Source: Nitrospirota bacterium
GTDB taxonomy: Bacteria; Nitrospirota; 9FT-COMBO-42-15; HDB-SIOI813
Direction: 5' to 3'
Assembly: GCA_016234155.1 (NCBI GenBank)
Contig: JACRGZ010000152.1
Location: 1-34,649 of the forward strand
DNA: 34,649 bases
Made by a program: the position numbers and the translations under genes. Of this stretch, positions 9,772-15,872 are shown in pieces. The first letter of the stretch is position 1. Each line of letters starts with the position of its first letter. The notes beneath the pieces were generated by a model, which was given only the letters and a program-made list of their open reading frames with translations, did no database searches and was not told the DNA's origin.

Positions 9772-11873
9772 CGAAATCGCTCCAGTTCATTTCTGGCAAG
9801 GGAAATAGCCGTCTGATTCCTTCCTTTGGCGGGATCCAGCGTGAGGACCTTTTTGTATAGGTCCCTTGCCTTAACGGATTCCCCTAACTGCTCGTAGAGT
9901 TTCCCCAGTGTAAGGTATCCGAAACCATCCTCAGGCTGGAGGGTCACTGCCTGCTGGAACGTATGGATCGCCTCCCTGGGCCTTCTAATTGTCAGGTACT
10001 CCTTTCCCAGTGCGATGTAGGCATCCGCATAGGAAGGGTTCAGGGATACTACCTTCTCAAATGACCTGATCGCCGGTTCGTGGTCACCCTGTTGTTGATA
10101 AAAAATCCCCATCTGCATCTGAATACCCGGCAGATTCGGATTTCTGCTAAGTGTTCGTGTATAAAGTCCAATAGCCTTCTCCTGATGACCCCCCTGTTGA
10201 TAGATTGTCCCTAAGTTGATCAGTGCAGTTTCGTTGAAGGGATTGAGGCGAGTGGCTGCTTCGAAGGATTGAACAGCCTCTCCTGTCCGGCCATTCTGGC
10301 TATAAAGGAGCCCCATGTTGCTGTAGGCAAGGTCATACTCAGGATTAATGCGGATGGCCTCTTCAAATTGCCGGAGGGCTTCATCCGGCCTATTGGTCTC
10401 GTTGTAGAGGGCACCAAGATCGTTGTGTAAGACAGGGTCCTTGTCTTCAATTTCGAGGGCCCTCAGGTATTCCACCTCTGCCTGATCCAGACGCCCCTGA
10501 CGCTGATAGGCTGATCCCATGCCAAAGTGTGGCCCATAGGAGGACGGCGACTTCCGGATTGCGTCTTGCCAGAGGGTAACTTCACTCCCCCAAACCCTGT
10601 TTCTATCCCATACCCCGATTGAGTATAGGATCAGTATCAATCCGATAACAGATACAAATACCACACGTCTCCGTGTCTGAAGAAGGGACTCTACTATAAG
10701 GACCAATGCCCCAATAATTCCCGCAAAGGCAACAGACGCGATGTATCCCCGGTTTTCCTGAAGCACTGCGGTGAGGGGAATAATGGTCGTGGGAAGCAGG
10801 GTCACATAGAACCATGCGAGAAAAAAACCGATTACCCGAAGGGCACGGTGTCGCGAACGCCAGAACCATAGCATCGCTGCTAGGAGGACTACCAACAGTA
10901 CCAACGCCCCCACAAATGTCAGATCCCGTACAGACTTGACCATTGGTACCGGGTGTTCAATACTGAGGTTGATGGGGGCAATAAGCATCTGCCATGTGGA
11001 TGCCAGTACCTTAACCTGGATCAGGATATTCTCAACCAGTCCCCTCGCCACAGCCACAGGTCCGACCACTCCAACGACCAGCTTCTTGATAATCATATAA
11101 CCAAGAGGAATGGCTATAAACGGGGCGATCACTAAGGCTAAGCTCCTACAATTCCCCTTCCCATTAATCCCCACCCGTGAGGGGAGGGGGTGAGGGGGAG
11201 GGTGGGCTACGGAGATTTTCGTATGAAGAACATACTCATAAAGGATAAGGATAAGGGGTAAGGTAATCAATATCTCTTTGGTCAGCATCCCGAGTCCAAA
11301 CGCTGCCCAGGAGAGATAGACCCACCGTCTGTCCCCTGCGATCTTCGTTATGGGCGCGGGTTCCTGAATGCCCTGTCTATACCGGACATAGGCATAAAAG
11401 GCCAACAGGTAGAAAAAGACGGCCATGACAGATGACCGGGCTGTCACATAGTTCACCACCTCTGAATTAAAGGGATGGAATAACATGACCAGACCGGCGG
11501 CAAGACCGGCATAGAAGGAGGTCAACATCAGGTTCACAATCAGAAACACCAGAAACGCCGTACCCACATGAAAGGCCAGATTCACCAGATGGTATCCTAT
11601 GGGATTCAGACCTCCAAGGGCATAGTTGATCGCAAAGGTGGAGAGTAGTACCGGGCGGTAGTGCAGTGTTTCCACAGGACTCCTCGATCCGGTAGCAATA
11701 TCTGTGAAAAAGGAGGGGATGCCGGTCAGGCTCCTGATCGAGGAGTTTTGCAGAATCTGATGGGCATCATCGTATGTAAAAACACTGTCCAATGCGGTTG
11801 AATACAGGATAAGTCCGGCTATTCCAAATAACAGCAGAATTCTTAAAAACATAGGACGATTATATTGACTCAT
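9768..11873 (-). CDS. GT-C (TMTC/DUF1736-like) membrane glycosyltransferase with a long C-terminal TPR domain, paralog 6 (first gene of the array)
   Basis: 701-aa ORF. Motifs: SVFTYDDAHQI, HYRPVLLSTF, HPFNSEVVNYVTARSSVMAVFFYLL, LTKEILITLPL, LQENRGYIA, followed by about 290 aa of TPRs. The real start may be ATG 11852 (MFLRILLLFGIAG...), because an exact sigma-70 consensus promoter has its -10 box inside codons 3-5 of the long form. One loop carries an extra segment of about 20 aa (VAHPPPHPLPSRVGINGKGN) encoded by a G/C-rich palindromic element. Confidence 0.85.
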   Translation of the reverse strand: MSQYNRPMFLRILLLFGIAGLILYSTALDSVFTYDDAHQILQNSSIRSLTGIPSFFTDIATGSRSPVETLHYRPVLLSTFAINYALGGLNPIGYHLVNLAFHVGTAFLVFLIVNLMLTSFYAGLAAGLVMLFHPFNSEVVNYVTARSSVMAVFFYLLAFYAYVRYRQGIQEPAPITKIAGDRRWVYLSWAAFGLGMLTKEILITLPLILILYEYVLHTKISVAHPPPHPLPSRVGINGKGNCRSLALVIAPFIAIPLGYMIIKKLVVGVVGPVAVARGLVENILIQVKVLASTWQMLIAPINLSIEHPVPMVKSVRDLTFVGALVLLVVLLAAMLWFWRSRHRALRVIGFFLAWFYVTLLPTTIIPLTAVLQENRGYIASVAFAGIIGALVLIVESLLQTRRRVVFVSVIGLILILYSIGVWDRNRVWGSEVTLWQDAIRKSPSSYGPHFGMGSAYQRQGRLDQAEVEYLRALEIEDKDPVLHNDLGALYNETNRPDEALRQFEEAIRINPEYDLAYSNMGLLYSQNGRTGEAVQSFEAATRLNPFNETALINLGTIYQQGGHQEKAIGLYTRTLSRNPNLPGIQMQMGIFYQQQGDHEPAIRSFEKVVSLNPSYADAYIALGKEYLTIRRPREAIHTFQQAVTLQPEDGFGYLTLGKLYEQLGESVKARDLYKKVLTLDPAKGRNQTAISLARNELERFR
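11154..11207. repeat. G/C-rich palindromic element lying in frame inside paralog 6
   Basis: Sequence: ccccttcccattaatccccacccgtgaggggagggggtgagggggagggtgggc. It contains the inverted repeat cccaccc/gggtggg. Its complement carries cccaccctccccctc, which matches 14 of 15 positions of cccaccctgcccctc at 34613-34627. The five paralogs that cover this loop (paralogs 1-5) lack the corresponding peptide segment; the partial seventh gene leaves the window within or just after this loop, so it cannot be compared. Confidence 0.5.
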
Positions 11874-11887
11874 CCTTTCCCTGTCAA
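11859..11887 (-). promoter_or_regulatory. Exact sigma-70 consensus promoter for the TMTC-like array (leaderless geometry)
   Basis: The minus strand reads TTGACA gggaaaggatgagtcaa TATAAT cgtcct ATG. The -35 box is at 11887..11882, the spacer is 17 nt, and the -10 box is at 11864..11859. The A of ATG 11852 is the 7th nt after the -10 box. Confidence 0.6.
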
Positions 11888-11961
11888 GTTAGCCACAGGA
11901 CCAAAATCCACCACCTATTATATACCTGTATATACATGCAGCGTCCCAGACTTGCTCGTCT

Positions 11962-12651
11962 CTACTTTTTTATAAAATTGTATTTAATAACACACCAGAG
12001 GGCACTGACCCCATCCTTCCACCCTATCTTTTTCCCCTCCGCATAATCCCTGCCACTGTAGGATATTCCAACCTCGTAAATCCTGTATTTCCCTTTTGCT
12101 ATCTTGGCGGTAATCTCCGGCTCAAAACCAAAACGGTCCTCTTTAATGTGAATTTGTTTAATAACTTCGGATCGAAAGACCTTGTAACCTGTCTCCATAT
12201 CCGAAAGGTTCAGGTTGGTAGCCATATTAGAAATTAACGTCAGAAGAGAATTGCCAAGGAAGTGCCAGAAGAATAATATACGCCGCTGTTCAGTCGTCAT
12301 AAAGCGGGAGCCGTATACGACATCCGCCTTCCCCTCCAGGATTGGCCTGATCAGTTTATGATATTCCTGTGGATTATATTCAAGATCAGCATCTTGTATA
12401 ATCACAATATCTCCGGTTACATTCCTGAACCCGGTCCTTAATGCCGCCCCTTTCCCCTTATTCTTATCATGGTAGAATACACGAATATTAGGGCCTTTCT
12501 CCATGCTTTTCAGTACATCCCGTGAACCGTCTGTAGAGTAATCGTCTACTATCACTAGTTCCTTATCCAGATCTACTTCCATCACCCTCTGGATAATCTC
12601 TCTGATTGAATTCACTTCATTGTAGACTGGAATGACAATTGAAAGCATCAT
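11962..12651 (-). CDS. GT2-family polyprenyl-phosphate sugar synthase (DPM1/Ppm1/GtrB/ArnC-like)
   Basis: 229-aa ORF. Motifs: MMLSIVIPVYNE, VIVDDYSTDGS, KNKGKGAALRTGF, IIQDADLEYNPQEY (DXD motif), VVYGSRF. No C-terminal TM segments are evident. The start overlaps the upstream stop as ATGA. Confidence 0.8.
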   Translation of the reverse strand: MMLSIVIPVYNEVNSIREIIQRVMEVDLDKELVIVDDYSTDGSRDVLKSMEKGPNIRVFYHDKNKGKGAALRTGFRNVTGDIVIIQDADLEYNPQEYHKLIRPILEGKADVVYGSRFMTTEQRRILFFWHFLGNSLLTLISNMATNLNLSDMETGYKVFRSEVIKQIHIKEDRFGFEPEITAKIAKGKYRIYEVGISYSGRDYAEGKKIGWKDGVSALWCVIKYNFIKK

Positions 12652-14252
12652 GGCTGAATATGCCTATAGTAGATCACAATAGCACCATCTTTGTTGTAAT
12701 AGATATCTCCTTTATAGCCTAATTTCGACTGTATAACTTCATGAATATAGAAAAGCTCACCTGGTATTGCATGCGTCGCTAATAACCAGAACGGTCTTCC
12801 TGCCTCGATGCACGGCTTAATATCTTCAATATATTCGGGGTTATTGCCCCGGTGCATCTTTCCAATAAAGACAGGAGAAGTGATAGACAACGCATTGTAA
12901 TAATGTCGGGAATAATATTCAAATGCAAGATCTCCTCCATAGTAAATATATACCGGTTCATTGTCATTGCGCTTCTCCTCTAAGATAGAAAGCGCTGATC
13001 TCATGTCCTGGACCAGAGGATATTGTTTATACCAGAAATATCCCTTGTTATTTTTATAATACAAACCAGCATCTGCGACTGCCACAGGGATCAGGAACAA
13101 ACCAAGATAGGCAACCGGTCTCAGGAGGGGAATTACCATTGATAACCGCCAGATGGATCTGATGCCGGATATAAACAAAATAATAAAACAAGGGATTGTA
13201 AAAAGGTTGACACGGTTTCCGCCAAATGGATACCTTTGGAGAACAGAGGCAATCAATAGAAGGAAGAAGACAATCCCCCAGTAAGCGACTATTCGAGTCC
13301 TGTTTGACCGGTATAATTCCCATATACCAACAAGGCTTAAAAACATTGCTATTGGCGCATATCCATTCCAGAAATAAACAAAAAAACTCCAACTCCCTGT
13401 TATCAGCCATTTCAAAAAGGGTATGGGTTCTACTAAGTCAGGAAAGGCAGTGCGCCAATAAGATTCTAATCCAGGGGTCACCTGATTTCTGATAACCGTA
13501 AAATATAGTATTAAAAATGAAACCATGATTAAGGAAAACGTTCCGACCCAGTAAAAAACCATCCTGTACTTTTCTCTATCAGGTATATTTATTTTCGAAA
13601 TATTCTTTGCTATATCCCACAATAAAATGGTTCCCACAGAGCACAACACAAAAACAAGAGGATAAGAAAACCACAGGCCAATGGCTCCGGAGATAGCCAG
13701 CATGCCCCATGAAGCAGACCTGTGCCTTTGCTGTATGATATGCTCGGCTATGAGGATTAACAGCAGGCTAAAGAAGATATCCGCAGTATATTGCTTTAGT
13801 TCTTGTGAATATGCCATAAGAACAGGAAGGGCAGCAAAAAGAATCAGCGCCCCTATAGCCTCTGTCTTTCCTAAGAACCGCTTTACACTGTAATAGATTA
13901 AGGCCATCCCCCCTATGCTGAATAGCGCTGGAATGATACGCAAAAACCATTCATTATTCTTGAATAGATGAACGGATAGGTATATGGAGGAGATGAATAG
14001 AGGCGGGACAGGCCACTGCGTAAAGGAGATAGAGGAAAAACTGCCGGATGATGCAAGGTTTGCAACCCATGCCTCGTCTCTCCAGAGAGGCCTTTCACCG
14101 AGATTGTAGAGCCTGATAAACATCCCCACAAGGAAAATTAAGCCAACGAACCATGGTCCTTCAATAAGTGAGTGAAGTCTCTTTTGAGTTATTTTATACA
14201 CTATGAATCTGTTTTTTGGGGCTATAGTAGCCAAAAAGCATTTATACGTCAA
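12648..14252 (-). CDS. Polytopic GT-C membrane glycosyltransferase (PMT_2/ArnT, GT39-like) without TPRs, with a C-terminal soluble domain
   Basis: 534-aa ORF. The first loop reads RLYNLGERPLWRDEAWVANL (W-x-DEA motif after TM1), followed by about 11 hydrophobic segments and then a soluble tail of about 120 aa. The start codon at 14252 is TTG with CAGGAAG about 7 nt upstream, so the exact start is uncertain. The gene is AT-rich. Confidence 0.7.
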   Translation of the reverse strand: MTYKCFLATIAPKNRFIVYKITQKRLHSLIEGPWFVGLIFLVGMFIRLYNLGERPLWRDEAWVANLASSGSFSSISFTQWPVPPLFISSIYLSVHLFKNNEWFLRIIPALFSIGGMALIYYSVKRFLGKTEAIGALILFAALPVLMAYSQELKQYTADIFFSLLLILIAEHIIQQRHRSASWGMLAISGAIGLWFSYPLVFVLCSVGTILLWDIAKNISKINIPDREKYRMVFYWVGTFSLIMVSFLILYFTVIRNQVTPGLESYWRTAFPDLVEPIPFLKWLITGSWSFFVYFWNGYAPIAMFLSLVGIWELYRSNRTRIVAYWGIVFFLLLIASVLQRYPFGGNRVNLFTIPCFIILFISGIRSIWRLSMVIPLLRPVAYLGLFLIPVAVADAGLYYKNNKGYFWYKQYPLVQDMRSALSILEEKRNDNEPVYIYYGGDLAFEYYSRHYYNALSITSPVFIGKMHRGNNPEYIEDIKPCIEAGRPFWLLATHAIPGELFYIHEVIQSKLGYKGDIYYNKDGAIVIYYRHIQP

Positions 14253-14273
14253 CAGAATTCTTCCTGCCCTGCG

Positions 14274-15818
14274 CTATTTATGCGCCGTCTCTAAAATCGC
14301 TAAGTAGGTATCCGTAAGGTCAAATTTCTCAATTATCTTCAGGGCATAATTTTGGTCCAAACGTTGTTCAAATGCCTTCTTATCATCAGAAGTAAAATAG
14401 TAAAAATGAGGAGCGCCGGATGGGTTGTCTTTGCCAAATTTTCTAATCCAGGTCAGATTATCTTTAACGATATAAAAATTCATGCTTGGCTTAAACAACC
14501 AGGTAACCCCTAATCTGATTGTATCAGGCGGGAGGTTGTATTTACTTGTCGTTTCTGCTATTTGCTCTATTACCTTTTTAGTGTTGGCGTCATATTTCCA
14601 ATTATTATAATATCGAAAATTGGCGCTGTTAATAAAATGAAGTATTAATGCGGCTGAAGGAATATAAAAAATCAAAACCATGAACGCCCTAATATATTTT
14701 TTATCAGAGTGAGGTAAAATATTTTTCCACAAGGCTAATACATAAAGGAAAAACATAGGGATAAAAAAGATGGCGGTCCTCTCGATTACATAAAGTGTGT
14801 TAAATAACAGATGCTGCAAAATAATACCTGCCGAACAGATCAGTAACATGAGAGACATCCATAATAAATAATTTCTTAGAAGGTTTGGCAAGTTTTCTTT
14901 CTGAAATGCAAAAAACAAAGTCAACCCGGCTAATACTAACATCATGATAATCCATATTTTTATAAAGAATATGGTGTCCCAATTCCCATATTTCTTACTA
15001 TACAATGTAGCCGAAATCAAACTTGTCACTGTGTCTTGCCAAAAACCGTTCGATCCGCCAAAGTAAAATTCATCGAGCTGTTTCATTAACATAACAGGCC
15101 TGTAATAAATCAAGAATAGCAAAAACATACCTGGGAAAACAAAAAAGGCGGTTTTCAGAATATCCGGTGATTTTTTTTGTAAAATAACCTCACTGATCTC
15201 CAAGAGGACTAACAGACATATTGCTGTTAAATAGACATTTAAAAAGGTTAAATTAGCCAGGGTTGATATTGCCAGCATCGTAGTCGCTAAAAAAGATTCA
15301 TACCTGTCTCTATTGCCCCCTAAGGTATAAATTCTTCTAAAGAGATAATATAATCCAAACATTAAGAAACCTAATCCCAATGCGTAGCCACGGGCTATAG
15401 ATAGATAGTCCAATATAAACGGATTACAGATCATTAATAAGATTCCTGCTACTAAGAGCCATTTATCCAGGAATAATTTTAGTATCTTATAGGTACCTAT
15501 AACGTATAATATACCCCCGATTAATGCGGGAAGCCTGACTGTAAATTCATGCAAACCAAATAATTTAATAAATATCTTAATCAGGAGAGTATTTAAAAGA
15601 TGATTGTTAGACTTATTAAATCTTCCGGCATTGGTAAAGATATCTGAAAAAGGCAGGGTGGCATGAAACAGACAGGTTATGGCTTCATCGTGGGTAATAG
15701 ACAGAGAATATGCCCTCATACCTATATAGAAGATCGCTCCGGCAATAGATAAATACGCCAGGCCTTCATATACATTTATCATTGATTTTCGCAAAGCCAT
15801 AACTTCTCTATCCAGCAT
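14274..15818 (-). CDS. Polytopic GT-C-like membrane glycosyltransferase (PMT_2/ArnT-like) without TPRs
   Basis: 514-aa ORF. It has an early loop motif SLSITHDEAITCLF, many hydrophobic segments and a soluble C-terminal tail. It is strongly AT-rich (a spot count at 14581-14640 gives 30% GC). Confidence 0.6.
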   Translation of the reverse strand: MLDREVMALRKSMINVYEGLAYLSIAGAIFYIGMRAYSLSITHDEAITCLFHATLPFSDIFTNAGRFNKSNNHLLNTLLIKIFIKLFGLHEFTVRLPALIGGILYVIGTYKILKLFLDKWLLVAGILLMICNPFILDYLSIARGYALGLGFLMFGLYYLFRRIYTLGGNRDRYESFLATTMLAISTLANLTFLNVYLTAICLLVLLEISEVILQKKSPDILKTAFFVFPGMFLLFLIYYRPVMLMKQLDEFYFGGSNGFWQDTVTSLISATLYSKKYGNWDTIFFIKIWIIMMLVLAGLTLFFAFQKENLPNLLRNYLLWMSLMLLICSAGIILQHLLFNTLYVIERTAIFFIPMFFLYVLALWKNILPHSDKKYIRAFMVLIFYIPSAALILHFINSANFRYYNNWKYDANTKKVIEQIAETTSKYNLPPDTIRLGVTWLFKPSMNFYIVKDNLTWIRKFGKDNPSGAPHFYYFTSDDKKAFEQRLDQNYALKIIEKFDLTDTYLAILETAHK

Positions 15819-15872
15819 GACTGAACAAATGATAATAAATCACACACGTTAGGGAATATATATGCTCCTCCA

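Noticed and set aside
14603-14631. TTAACA-N17-TATAAT promoter-like motif on the minus strand inside the 514-aa GT-C gene, and TTGACA-N17-TATGGT on the plus strand near 5150
   Set aside because: Both are imperfect matches, internal to or antisense to coding sequence, and not positioned before any ORF start. The first lies in a 30%-GC region where such motifs arise by chance.
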